A stretch of 32,000 bases of DNA from Candidatus Electronema halotolerans (GTDB taxonomy: Bacteria; Desulfobacterota; Desulfobulbia; Desulfobulbales; Desulfobulbaceae): NCBI GenBank assembly GCA_942493095.1, contig OW818675.1, forward strand, positions 1,020,001 to 1,052,000, written 5' to 3'. Position numbers and translations under genes: made by a program. The notes under the pieces are model-generated. The model searched no databases. It had not been told where the DNA came from and saw only the letters and a list, made by a program, of their open reading frames with translations. Of this stretch, positions 8,388 through 17,653 are shown in pieces; within the stretch, counting starts at the first letter, position 1; every line of letters starts with the position of its first letter.

Positions 8388-9584
8388 ATGAGCAAAACAG
8401 CCTTTCCCTCCCGCAGCTATCCTGATGATGTCGCTGTCATCCATCGTGAAAACCAGACTGTCCTGCTGGTCGGCACAGCCCATATTTCCCGTGAATCTGC
8501 TGATCTGGTTGAGGAGATCATTGAGCAGGAGCAGCCGGACATGGTCTGCATTGAGCTGGATGAAAAACGCTACAAAGCCTTGTCTGAGCCGCAGCAGTGG
8601 CAGAATTTAGACCTGAAGCAGATCATCAAAAACAAGCAGCTTTCCACCTTGCTGGTCAATCTGGTGCTTTCCTCGTATCAGAAGAAATTAGGCGGCAAGC
8701 TGGGCGTGCAGCCGGGCACGGAGCTGCTCACCGCAGCCAAGGCGGCTGAAAAGTATGGCATTACAGTGGAGCTGTGCGACCGGGATGTGCGTGTCACTCT
8801 GCGGCGGGCCTGGAAGGCCACGTCCCTGTTCAAGAAGGGCTATCTTTTGGCCACGTTGCTTGCTTCGCTGTTCGATGAGACCGAGCTGACTGAAGAGAAG
8901 CTGGCCGAGCTGCGCCAGCAGGATGTGCTCTCCGAGCTGATGGATGAAATTGGCAAAGCTCTGCCAGCGGCCAAGACCGCTCTGATTGATGAGCGCGACA
9001 TCTTCATGGCCGAGAAGATCAAGGCAGCGGCGGGCAGGCGGGTGGTGGCCGTGGTCGGGGCCGGTCATAAAGCCGGGATAGTCCGAGCCATGCAGGAGGA
9101 CAACAGCGGCAGAATGGAAGAAATCAACAGCATTCCGCCGGTCTCTGTTAGCTGGAAAATCGCTGGCTGGTCTGTGCCTGCCGCTGTCATCCTTTCCATC
9201 GCCCTGATCGGCGTGAAGCATGGCGCAAGTCAGGCCGGAGCCAATATTCTTTACTGGATATTGGCCAACGGCATTCCCTCAGCCATTGGCGGGGTGCTGG
9301 CCTTGGGGCATCCGGCCACAATCCTTGCCGCCTTTGTTGGCGCGCCGATCACCAGTCTGACACCGGTGATCGGGGCAGGGTATGTCTGCGCCTTTGTCCA
9401 AGTCATGACCCAGCCGCCCTTGGTCAGGGAATTTGAACACGCGGCTGAAGACATCGGCACAGTGCGCGGCTGGTGGAAGAACAAGCTTCTGCGGGTTTTT
9501 CTCGTCTTCCTGCTGACCGGCTTTGGCTCGGCCATTGGCACGTGGGTGGGCGGCTACAAGATCATCACCAATCTTTTTGCCTGA
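8388..9584 (+). CDS. TraB/PrgY-family membrane protein
   Basis: 'VLLVGTAHISRESADLVEEIIEQEQPDMVCIELDEKRYKAL', 'VVAVVGAGHKAGI', C-terminal transmembrane segments. Confidence 0.87.
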   Translation: MSKTAFPSRSYPDDVAVIHRENQTVLLVGTAHISRESADLVEEIIEQEQPDMVCIELDEKRYKALSEPQQWQNLDLKQIIKNKQLSTLLVNLVLSSYQKKLGGKLGVQPGTELLTAAKAAEKYGITVELCDRDVRVTLRRAWKATSLFKKGYLLATLLASLFDETELTEEKLAELRQQDVLSELMDEIGKALPAAKTALIDERDIFMAEKIKAAAGRRVVAVVGAGHKAGIVRAMQEDNSGRMEEINSIPPVSVSWKIAGWSVPAAVILSIALIGVKHGASQAGANILYWILANGIPSAIGGVLALGHPATILAAFVGAPITSLTPVIGAGYVCAFVQVMTQPPLVREFEHAAEDIGTVRGWWKNKLLRVFLVFLLTGFGSAIGTWVGGYKIITNLFA

Positions 9585-9590
9585 AAAAGA

Positions 9591-9641
9591 AGGAGAGCGC
9601 GGCAGGCTTCAGGATTTCCGCCGCGCCTCCTCTGCTTTTTT
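9591..9641 (+). terminator. Rho-independent terminator for the TraB-family gene, embedded in the 3' end of the convergent gene
   Basis: AGGAG-A-GCGCGGC ... GCCGCGC-CTCCT followed by CTGCTTTTTTCTG. Confidence 0.7.
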
Positions 9642-10556
9642 CTGGGCTGCACGTTCGGCCTTGAGTGCTTTATACTCCTCTTCCAGCCGCTGGAGATTCT
9701 CGCCCTGCTCCTGACGCATGGCCTTGACCTTCTCCTGCACCTTTTCTTGATTCATAGCCAGTCCTTCCGCGCCAAACAAGGCACTGGCCAAATACTTGAA
9801 CGAGAAGTGCATCAGGGCTTCGTCGTCATGCCGGAGCTGCTCAACCGTCTCCGGGTCGATCTGATAGGTCTGGAGAAAGGTGCTTTCAAAGACAAAGCGG
9901 CGGAAATGATCCAAATCCGTGGAAGCCATGAAGAACATGCGCTGGGCCGCCTCAGAGAGGCTGGCTTGCAGACTGAAGGACTTGCGCCGCATCACTAAGC
10001 GCAGCCACTCCTTGTTCATCTCATCGCGGACATCCAGGCCCTGATCCTCGCGCCATTCGCCGATGGTCCAGCGTTTCGGCTCCGCAAAGCCCTTGCAGTG
10101 CGCCTCCTTGACAAGGAAAAAGAATTTCTCCTCTGCGCCTTCCTTGCCGCCTTCGTGAAAATCCGCCATGCCCACTGGATAGTAGCGGCAGGCGGTCGGG
10201 CGGTCAGCATAGACGGTGCAGCCGTCCGGGGTGACAAAGGGGCAGCCTTCTTTCTCGCCGGTCAGCTTGAGCTGCACCCCTGGCAAGTCTGTTTTTTCCA
10301 AATAGATCGGCTCAGTGTATTGGCTGATGAAGTCATGGGCAGACATGTTCAGCCGCCGCCGCAGGATCATAATGTCGTAGGGCGTGAGCACGATCCTGAT
10401 GTTGTGGCAGCAGGCAGTGAAGCAGCTGACTCCTGGATGGCATTCAAACTGCAGCGGCGAATCAAGCGTCAGTTTTTCCGGCATGATGCAGGAGGGGTTC
10501 TTGTCGGTCGCACTGAGAAAATCCTTGGTCATGCCGTCGCCTTTGCTGTCGCTCAT
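9609..10556 (-). CDS. YkgJ-type cysteine cluster protein
   Basis: 'HPGVSCFTACCHNIRIVLTPYDIMIL...GCPFVTPDGCTVYADRPTACRYYPVGM'. ATG at 10556 is preceded by AACAGGAAACACC; the ORF is open upstream to 10709. Confidence 0.82.
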   Translation of the reverse strand: MSDSKGDGMTKDFLSATDKNPSCIMPEKLTLDSPLQFECHPGVSCFTACCHNIRIVLTPYDIMILRRRLNMSAHDFISQYTEPIYLEKTDLPGVQLKLTGEKEGCPFVTPDGCTVYADRPTACRYYPVGMADFHEGGKEGAEEKFFFLVKEAHCKGFAEPKRWTIGEWREDQGLDVRDEMNKEWLRLVMRRKSFSLQASLSEAAQRMFFMASTDLDHFRRFVFESTFLQTYQIDPETVEQLRHDDEALMHFSFKYLASALFGAEGLAMNQEKVQEKVKAMRQEQGENLQRLEEEYKALKAERAAQKKAEEARRKS

Positions 10557-10746
10557 GGTGTTTCCTGTTGAAATATAGGTTCCGCAGCGGGCCAGCCCGC
10601 GCATGGTATCTGTGTTTTCCTGCAACATCTTACCAGCAAAGGGCATGCTGTCAAAGGAAACTTGCAGGCCGCTTTCTTCTGCTGGAGCAGGTGCGGGTCT
10701 GTTGAGCACAGAAAGGTGGGACCGCCCCGGTCTTCAACCCCGCACA

Positions 10747-10771
10747 AGTTGCACTTGCAGCTTGAATCCAC
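10747..10771. repeat. Solo copy of the terminal inverted repeat of the 31.2-31.4 kb element
   Basis: AGTTGCACTTGCAGCTTGAATCCAC matches AGTTGCACTTGCGAGTTGAATCCAC (part of 31390-31424) at 22 of 25 positions. Confidence 0.6.
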
Positions 10772-10865
10772 CCTCGCCGTTGTCGCAGACGTGAACATTG
10801 AATTTCTTGTGCAACCGGGCTGTCCATGTTATCATCATCTATGATACAAAGCTCCTGCCAACCAG

Positions 10866-12707
10866 ATGCACGCGCCAATGGCCCCACTCAGGCACTCTGT
10901 CCATTTTCTGCTTAAACTGTCCCTGCCCGTTGCCGGACTGCTGCTGGCCAGCAGCGGCTGCGCGGAAAACAACTCATCAGCCGCGCCAGTCCGCCCAGCT
11001 GTGGCCGCTTCTTCTGCTCCGGCTCCGGCAGAGGCCTTGTTTGATCAAAAGCAGGACAGTGATCACGGGTGCAGCTATTTTTATTTTCTCTGGGGCCGTC
11101 ACGCTGAATTGGAAAGCAAATACGACGCAGCCTTGGAGGCGTATGAAAAGGCCCTGATCTGCGACCCTGACGCGAATTTTGTCATCAGCAAGCTGCCTGC
11201 CCTGCTGGTGCGGATGAACCGCCGGGACGAGGCTGCGGCCCGCCTGCGGGACTATCTGCGCCGCCACCCGAAAGAAGCCGAGCCAAGAATGCAGCTTGCC
11301 AAACTGCTGATTGATGCGGGCAAGTTCCAGGAGGCTGCTGATCAATACCGCCAGGCGCATGAGCTGAATCCCAAGGAAACCGCGCCACTCCTCCTCCTCA
11401 GCGAGCTGCATCTTTCGGAAAACAAACCTGAAGAAGCCAAAGCCGCCTTGGAGGAAGTGTTGGCCGCAGACAGCCGCTCCTATCCAGCCCATCTGCTGCT
11501 GGCCCGTCTTCTTGCCGCGCAGGGGGAGCTGGCGCAGGCTGTGGAGCATTATCAGCAGGCTGTCAGTCTCAATGCCTCGGAAGGGCTGCAATTGGAACTG
11601 GCCGAGGTCCTGATTGAGCAGAAAAAATATGCGCAGGCCGCCAGCATCTACAAGGAGCTGCTCAAGCAGGATGAAGAGAACGAGGAGGCGCGGATCGGCC
11701 TGATTCACACCTGCCTGCTCCAGAACAACGAACGCCAGGCAATGGCGGAGCTGAAGCGGCTCAATGACCTGACCGGCAATCCTGAGCAGGCTGAACTGAC
11801 CGTGGCCAAGCTCTACATCCGCTGGGAGGAATACAGCAAAGCCATCACCCTGCTGCACGAGATTCTGAACAAGGAGAAAGATATTTCCGAAGCCCGCTAT
11901 CTGCTTGGCGCGCTGCAAATGCAGGAGAAGCAATATCAAGAGGCCTTGCAGACCTTGGCGCAGATCGACCCGGAGGCGGATGAGCACGAGGATGCGCTGA
12001 TCCTGCAAGTGCGGGTGCTCAAGGAGCTGGGCCAGGAGGACGAGGCGGCCCGGCGGCTGGAGGCGGCGTTGAGGAAAGACTGTCAGCTCAGTCCTGAAGT
12101 CTGGCTGCTGCTGACCAGCATCTATCAGGCGGCAGAGCAGGATGCGGCCTGCCGCAAGACCTTTGCCCGCGCTCTGGAAAATTATCCTGACAATGAGCAG
12201 CTGCTCTATGATTACGGTCTTTTTCTCAATGAATCCGGCAGAAAAAAACAGGCCTTGGCCATCATGAACAAACTGCTGCAGCTCAATCCTGATCATGCGG
12301 GCGCATTGAATTATATTGGCTACACCTGGGCTGAGAGCAAGACAAATTTGAGCAAGGCCTTTCTCTATTTGACCCGCGCTGGCGAGCTGAAGCCGGACAA
12401 TCCCTCCATTCATGACAGTCTGGGCTGGGTCTATTACCAGATGGGCAGTCTGGACAATGCCTTGCGCACCTTGCAGGAAGCAGCGGCAATGGCCCCGGAT
12501 GATCCTGCGGTTCACGAGCATCTGGCTGAGGCCCAGGCTGCTGCCGGACAGCGGGCAGTGGCGGAAAAGGCGTGGCGCAAGGCCTTGGAGCTGTACAGCA
12601 CAGAGGCGGCTGCGGCAATGAGCAAGAGAAAACAGGAACGGGCTGAGAACGGCATCAGGCGGGTGAAGGAAAAACTGGCCCTGCTGGATGCAAAGGAGAA
12701 ACAATGA
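10866..12707 (+). CDS. Tetratricopeptide repeat protein, probable exported/lipoprotein
   Basis: 613 aa with many TPR-like units ('YDAALEAYEKALICDPDANFVISKLPALLVRMNRRDEAA', 'LAQAVEHYQQAVSLNASEG', 'NPDHAGALNYIGYTWAE'); N-terminal hydrophobic segment 'LSLPVAGLLLASSGC'. Confidence 0.88.
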   Translation: MHAPMAPLRHSVHFLLKLSLPVAGLLLASSGCAENNSSAAPVRPAVAASSAPAPAEALFDQKQDSDHGCSYFYFLWGRHAELESKYDAALEAYEKALICDPDANFVISKLPALLVRMNRRDEAAARLRDYLRRHPKEAEPRMQLAKLLIDAGKFQEAADQYRQAHELNPKETAPLLLLSELHLSENKPEEAKAALEEVLAADSRSYPAHLLLARLLAAQGELAQAVEHYQQAVSLNASEGLQLELAEVLIEQKKYAQAASIYKELLKQDEENEEARIGLIHTCLLQNNERQAMAELKRLNDLTGNPEQAELTVAKLYIRWEEYSKAITLLHEILNKEKDISEARYLLGALQMQEKQYQEALQTLAQIDPEADEHEDALILQVRVLKELGQEDEAARRLEAALRKDCQLSPEVWLLLTSIYQAAEQDAACRKTFARALENYPDNEQLLYDYGLFLNESGRKKQALAIMNKLLQLNPDHAGALNYIGYTWAESKTNLSKAFLYLTRAGELKPDNPSIHDSLGWVYYQMGSLDNALRTLQEAAAMAPDDPAVHEHLAEAQAAAGQRAVAEKAWRKALELYSTEAAAAMSKRKQERAENGIRRVKEKLALLDAKEKQ

Positions 12708-13504
12708 GATATGTTTTAGCAGGCTGTTGTCTTTGTATCCTGCTGCTGGGCGGCTGCGCAGTCAAGCTGCCGCAGACTGAGAGGCTCGGCGGGACAGACT
12801 TGGAGGATGCGCAAGAACGGCTGAACCTTTATCTGGCCCAGTCCTGCGTGGCGGCGGTGGACGGCGATGTCACTCTGAGCTGGTCAGCTTATGGCCAGAA
12901 CGACAGGTATGCCGCATCTTTGCAGGCCGCTGCTCCGGCCTTGCTCCGGCTGTCCTTGAACGACCCGCTGGGCCGCCCACTGCTCCTGCTGGGCACAGAC
13001 GGCAAAACCTTCACCTTGGCCGACAACCGGAAAGCGGTCGGCTACACCGGCAGCACTGACTTGCGCTTTGTCCGCCGCTTTCTGCCCGCCTTCATTCCAA
13101 CAGATGATCTTTTTCTCTGGTTGAGCGGCAGGGTTCGGCCAGAAACCATGCGCCGGGCCGCAGCCCGTGCTGACGCGGAAGGCCGAATCTGGTGGCATGG
13201 CGGCTCATCGGACGGCACAACTGTCCATATTCTCGCCTTTGACCGCCAGAATCATCTCAGCCGCCATTTAGTGGCTGATCAAAAAACAAACGAAATCCTC
13301 TTTGAAGCCGATTACAGCGGCTATCAATCCACGAACAAGGACTGCGCCTGGCCCGGCAGGATCAATTTCACCGGCAAAGCTCTGGAAGCAGACTATGCAA
13401 TCACCTTTGAGGAGCTGTTCGGCTTTGGCCCGATTGACAAAAAACACTTCCAAGTCAGCCTGCCGCCTCATTTCACGGTCAAGCAAATGACGGATCAGGA
13501 CTGA
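12704..13504 (+). CDS. Outer-membrane lipoprotein, LolB-like / DUF4292-like
   Basis: Lipobox 'LCILLLGGCAVKLP'; 'GDVTLSWSAYGQNDRYAASLQAAAPALLRLSLNDPLGRPLLLLGTDGKTFTLAD'. Start overlaps the TPR gene stop by 4 nt. Confidence 0.5.
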   Translation: MRYVLAGCCLCILLLGGCAVKLPQTERLGGTDLEDAQERLNLYLAQSCVAAVDGDVTLSWSAYGQNDRYAASLQAAAPALLRLSLNDPLGRPLLLLGTDGKTFTLADNRKAVGYTGSTDLRFVRRFLPAFIPTDDLFLWLSGRVRPETMRRAAARADAEGRIWWHGGSSDGTTVHILAFDRQNHLSRHLVADQKTNEILFEADYSGYQSTNKDCAWPGRINFTGKALEADYAITFEELFGFGPIDKKHFQVSLPPHFTVKQMTDQD

Positions 13505-13511
13505 GTGCGGC

Positions 13512-14324
13512 TTGAACAAAGCCAGCAAAAGTCGCTTCATCATGCCCGCACCCATTCTCGAAGTCAGCAGCCTGACTATGAAATTCGGCGGCATCCGCGC
13601 TTTGGACGGCTTGGAACTCCGCGTCCGGCAGGGCGAAATTGTCGCTCTGATCGGCCCGAACGGGGCAGGCAAGACCACCTTTTTCAACTGCCTGACCGGA
13701 ATCTATAAGCCAAGCTCCGGCAAGCTGCTGCTCACTCCACCGGGCAGGAAGTCAAAACGGTTGAACGGACTGGCCCCGCACAAGGTGACGCAGGCAGGCA
13801 TGGCCAGAACGTTCCAGAATATCCGTCTGTTCCCGGAAATGACCGTGCTGGAGAATGTGATGATTGGCCGCCATTGCCGGACCAGGGCCGGGTTGCTCGG
13901 CGCGATTCTGCGGGACAGAAAGACGCGGCGCGAGGAGCAGGACACGGTTGCCCGCTCTTTGGTACTGCTGGAGAAAATCGGCTTGGCCGCCTCAGTGGAT
14001 GAGCTGGCCAAGAACCTGCCTTACGGGGCGCAGCGGCGGCTGGAGATAGCCCGCGCCTTGGCGACCGAACCGCTGATTCTGCTCTTGGATGAGCCTGCCG
14101 CTGGCATGAATCCGCAGGAAACCGATGAGCTGGACGGGCTGATCACCACGATCCGTGACCAAGGCATTTCCATCCTCCTGATCGAGCATGACATGAAATT
14201 GGTGATGAGTCTGTCCGATCATATTTTTGTCATGGATTACGGCAGAAAAATCGCTGAAGGAACACCGGAGGAGGTGCGCCGCAACCCTGAAGTGATCAGG
14301 GCCTATCTGGGCGAGGAGGAGTGA
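13512..14324 (+). CDS. livG: Branched-chain amino-acid type ABC transporter ATP-binding protein (LivG-like)
   Basis: 'ALIGPNGAGKTTFFNCLTGIYKPSSG', 'GMARTFQNIRLFPEMTVLENVMIG', 'LLLDEPAAGMNPQETDEL', 'ILLIEHDMKLVMSLSD'. Confidence 0.87.
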   Translation: MNKASKSRFIMPAPILEVSSLTMKFGGIRALDGLELRVRQGEIVALIGPNGAGKTTFFNCLTGIYKPSSGKLLLTPPGRKSKRLNGLAPHKVTQAGMARTFQNIRLFPEMTVLENVMIGRHCRTRAGLLGAILRDRKTRREEQDTVARSLVLLEKIGLAASVDELAKNLPYGAQRRLEIARALATEPLILLLDEPAAGMNPQETDELDGLITTIRDQGISILLIEHDMKLVMSLSDHIFVMDYGRKIAEGTPEEVRRNPEVIRAYLGEEE

Positions 14325-14414
14325 CAGAAGAGTCGGTTTGAAAAAATCTCTTGAAAAATACAGCCAAATCGTTCAATGTGATTCATTATACAATCTCAAT
14401 GCAGGAGGATTCTT

Positions 14415-14981
14415 ATGAAGAAAGCTGTACAAACCGTTCTCGTTTTTGCCGCTGCCGTATTTTTTGCCAGTCAAGCCGGGGCGCAAGTGACCTTCAATGC
14501 ACCTATGCAGTTTGCAGGCACAGGCTGCAAAGCCGGTGAATATTCTTTCTCAGGAGATGGCACTGACACCCTGACTGTTTTGTTCAGCGCCTATGATGCC
14601 AGCAATCCGAAAGAAAACGCCGCCAGCGGCATGATGCGCACTGCATGCAGCTTTGTCGTGCCTGTGAAAGTGCCGCCAGGGTTTCAGGTCTCAACCATGA
14701 CCTCAGACTGGCGCGGCTATTCTGAAGGCAGGACCCAGCTGTTCCGTGAGTATTTCTTTGCCGGTCAGCGCGGGCCGCAGGCCAGAAGCAATCCGAAAGG
14801 CAATTACACCGAACGTGACAACCTGATGAACGCCACATGGAGCGGCTGTAGCGGCGGAACCATTCCATTGCGAATCAACAGCTCGGTCCGGGCAATCACC
14901 AGGCCAAGTTATATTGCCGTGGATACGGTTGATCTGAAGAACAAAGTTGTTTTCCATCTTCAGTCGAGACGCTGTCGGTAA
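14415..14981 (+). CDS. Secreted protein, DUF4360-like, tandem paralogue 1
   Basis: Signal peptide 'MKKAVQTVLVFAAAVFFASQAGAQV' then 'FAGTGCKAGEYSFSGDGTDTLTVLFSAYDA...CSFVVPVKVPPGFQV...DWRGY'. Confidence 0.65.
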   Translation: MKKAVQTVLVFAAAVFFASQAGAQVTFNAPMQFAGTGCKAGEYSFSGDGTDTLTVLFSAYDASNPKENAASGMMRTACSFVVPVKVPPGFQVSTMTSDWRGYSEGRTQLFREYFFAGQRGPQARSNPKGNYTERDNLMNATWSGCSGGTIPLRINSSVRAITRPSYIAVDTVDLKNKVVFHLQSRRCR

Positions 14982-15078
14982 TTCTGCTGTCATTTTTTGT
15001 TGCTGAACCAGAATCAAGAAAGCTCATGTTGTCATCAGCATGGGCTTTTTTTATTTTTTTATCAGGAGATTATCGTTA

Positions 15079-15693
15079 GTGAAAAAAATAGTATTTATTT
15101 CATTCATTGCAATGCTGTTTTTGGTCAGTCTTGCCGCTGAATCTTATGCCCAGGCAGTATATTTCAAAGAACCTATGGATTTTGCAGGAACAGGTTGCGG
15201 GATTGGTTCATATACCATTTCTGGGGACGGAACTGCTATTTTGACTATCCAGTTCAGCGAGTATGATGCTGCTGACCCGGCAGACGGTGCCGCCAGCGGG
15301 CTGCAACATGCTTCGTGCAGTTTTGCTGTTCCCATTCATGTGCCAGCCGGTTATCAAATATCCGAGTTGAAAGCAGACTGGCGGGGATTTGCTGCAGGTT
15401 CAACAGAATTCTCTCGTGAATATTTTTTTGCTGGGAAAACAGGTGTCAGCAAAACATCAAATCCTGCTGACGAGTTTATAGAACAAGATCAGAATATGAA
15501 TTTCAGCTCCTGTGCAAAAGATGGTGAAAAAGATATAATGCTGCGTATAAACAGCTCTATTCAGGCGACGAAAAACGGAAACGAAAGTTATAATTATATC
15601 AACATAGGTAGTCTTGACCAGTCGCTCATCTTGAAGCTGCAATTAGAGAAGTGTCCAAATCCGCTTCCTGCTGTTTTCAACCTGCTTTTGTAA
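15079..15693 (+). CDS. Secreted protein, DUF4360-like, tandem paralogue 2
   Basis: Signal peptide '(V)KKIVFISFIAMLFLVSLAAESYAQA' from GTG at 15079 with AGGAG upstream; shares 'FAGTGCxxGxYxxSGDGT', 'DWRG', 'REYFFAG', 'LRINSS' with 14415-14981. Confidence 0.65.
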   Translation: MKKIVFISFIAMLFLVSLAAESYAQAVYFKEPMDFAGTGCGIGSYTISGDGTAILTIQFSEYDAADPADGAASGLQHASCSFAVPIHVPAGYQISELKADWRGFAAGSTEFSREYFFAGKTGVSKTSNPADEFIEQDQNMNFSSCAKDGEKDIMLRINSSIQATKNGNESYNYINIGSLDQSLILKLQLEKCPNPLPAVFNLLL

Positions 15694-15943
15694 TTGCTGA
15701 ATATATTCATACAAAGCTGCTCCGCAGTAGCTGAAATGCCGATTTGACCGGAACTTCCAATCTTCCGTACTGGTGCTCTTGACAGGCTCAGGGTGCCTTT
15801 TAAAGCTGCCTGAGCGAAGTCGAAAGCAGCGGCGGCAGTTTCCTCCTCTCAACCGCCCTTCCCCAAATCAGAAGAAGACAGAACCGTCAACGTAACCTTG
15901 CGGGAGCGCAAGAGAATTCCCATAGTTTCTTCAGAAAAAACAA

Positions 15944-17230
15944 ATGATTGAACTGTTTCCTGTCCAGTCCCTTGATGCAGTTGTCCGCGTTCCCGGCTCC
16001 AAAAGCCTCACCCAGCGCGCCCTGATTGCCGCCGCCTTAGCTGACGGTGAATCGACCCTTGTCGGCCCCTTGGCCAGCGAGGACACCCATTACACGATCA
16101 CCGCTCTCCGCCAGATGGGCATTGCCATTGATGACAGCAACCCAGAACGATGGACAGTGCGCGGCTGCGGCGGCGCAGTCCAGACCCCGGCGGAAGACAT
16201 CTTCCTTGGCAACAACGGCACGGCCACCCGCTTTCTGACCTCAGCAGCAGCACTGGGGAAAGGATGCTGCCGCATCACTGGCGGCGAGCGCATGGCCCAG
16301 CGGCCCATTGCTCCGCTGATGGCGGCCCTGCGCGGCTGGCAGGTGCGGATTGACAGCGAGGCCGGAACTGGCTGTCCTCCCTTGCGCATTGACGCGGACG
16401 GACTTGCAGGCGGCCCGACCGTGTTGCCAGAGGGCAAGTCAAGCCAGTACCTTTCCTCCCTGCTCCTTGTCGCGCCCTACGCCAAGCAGCCTGCTGAACT
16501 GATTGTGCAGGGCGAGGTGCTGTCCAAGCCCTATGTGGAAATGACCTTGGCCGTGATGCGGGATTTCGGCATTCACGTCGAGGCCGCGCCTGCGCTGAAC
16601 CAGTTTCGCATTCCGCAGGGCTGCTACAAAGGCATTGAGTATGCAGTGGAGGGCGATGCCTCCGGGGCTTCCTATTTCTGGGCCGCCGCCGCAGTGACCG
16701 GCGGCAAGGTCACAGTTGCCAATGTGCCGTCGCCGTCCTTGCAGGGTGATGCAGGCTTGGTGCGGCTCTTGGTCCAGATGGGCTGCAAAGTCAGCACAGC
16801 GCAGGGCGGCATCACCGTGCAGGGGCCGGAGCAACTCCACGCCATTGAGGCGGACATGGGCAACATGCCGGATGTTGCGCCCACGCTGGCAGTCGTGGCC
16901 GCCTTTGCCCAAGGCACCACCGTGATCAGCAATATTGAGCACCTGCGGATCAAGGAATGCGACCGGCTGGCAGTCATGGTGACGGAGCTGCGCAAGCTGG
17001 GCGTGGAGGCGGAGGAGGAGCGCGACCGGATGATCATCCACGGCAGGGGCGGGGCTGACTTGCACGGCGCGGAAATCGCCACGTATGAAGATCACCGGAT
17101 TGCCATGTGCTTTGCCGTGGCTGGCTTGCGGGTGTCGGGCGTGAAAATTTATGGCGAGGACTGCGTGGCCAAGTCTTTTCCAGATTTCTGGCAGCGATGG
17201 CGGAAGATGCTGCAACAGGAGCAGAAATGA
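15944..17230 (+). CDS. aroA: 3-phosphoshikimate 1-carboxyvinyltransferase (EPSP synthase)
   Basis: 'VRVPGSKSLTQRALIAAALADGES', 'LGNNGTATRFLTSAAAL', 'GKSSQYLSSLLL', 'EGDASGASYFWAAAAVTGG', 'LRIKECDRLAVMVTELRKLG', 'YEDHRIAMCFAVAGLR'. Confidence 0.95.
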   Translation: MIELFPVQSLDAVVRVPGSKSLTQRALIAAALADGESTLVGPLASEDTHYTITALRQMGIAIDDSNPERWTVRGCGGAVQTPAEDIFLGNNGTATRFLTSAAALGKGCCRITGGERMAQRPIAPLMAALRGWQVRIDSEAGTGCPPLRIDADGLAGGPTVLPEGKSSQYLSSLLLVAPYAKQPAELIVQGEVLSKPYVEMTLAVMRDFGIHVEAAPALNQFRIPQGCYKGIEYAVEGDASGASYFWAAAAVTGGKVTVANVPSPSLQGDAGLVRLLVQMGCKVSTAQGGITVQGPEQLHAIEADMGNMPDVAPTLAVVAAFAQGTTVISNIEHLRIKECDRLAVMVTELRKLGVEAEEERDRMIIHGRGGADLHGAEIATYEDHRIAMCFAVAGLRVSGVKIYGEDCVAKSFPDFWQRWRKMLQQEQK

Positions 17231-17270
17231 CAGGTTTTTTTTCAATAAACGTATTGCAGGAGACAGGACA

Positions 17271-17588
17271 ATGTCTGAGTTTCACAACGTGACGGTGGTA
17301 AAAAAGGCGAACATCTACTTTGACGGCAAGGTCAGCAGCCGCACTCTTGTTTTTGCGGATGGCTCCAAAAAGACCTTGGGCATCATGCTGCCAGGAGAGT
17401 ATGAGTTCAACACTGATGCCAAAGAGCTGATGGAAATTTTCTCTGGCGAGCTGGAAGTCTTGCTGCCGCAGCATTCAGCTTGGCAGACGATTGCAGGCGG
17501 ACAGTCGTTTGAAGTGCCTGCGCAGGCAAAGTTCCAGCTCAAAGTCAAAAGCACAATGGATTACTGCTGCTCATTTTTAGCCGAGTGA
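17271..17588 (+). CDS. ppnP: Pyrimidine/purine nucleoside phosphorylase (DUF1255)
   Basis: 105 aa from ATG 17271: 'FHNVTVVKKANIYFDGKVSSRTLVFADGSKKTLGIMLPGEYEFNTDAKELMEIFSGELEVLLP...FEVPAQAKFQLKV'. Confidence 0.88.
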   Translation: MSEFHNVTVVKKANIYFDGKVSSRTLVFADGSKKTLGIMLPGEYEFNTDAKELMEIFSGELEVLLPQHSAWQTIAGGQSFEVPAQAKFQLKVKSTMDYCCSFLAE

Positions 17589-17595
17589 TGCAGAT

Positions 17596-17633
17596 CAGGC
17601 TTGGTCAGATGCGCTGACCAAACCTGTTTTTTT
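17596..17633 (+). terminator. Rho-independent terminator after ppnP
   Basis: CAGG-c-TTGGTCAG-atgcg-CTGACCAA-a-CCTG followed by TTTTTTT. Confidence 0.88.
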
Positions 17634-17653
17634 ATACAAAAAACTGACAAAAG

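Noticed and set aside
10977-12704. 575-aa minus-strand ORF
   Set aside because: Fully antisense to the well-supported TPR protein 10866-12707; low-complexity translation typical of a GC-rich shadow ORF.
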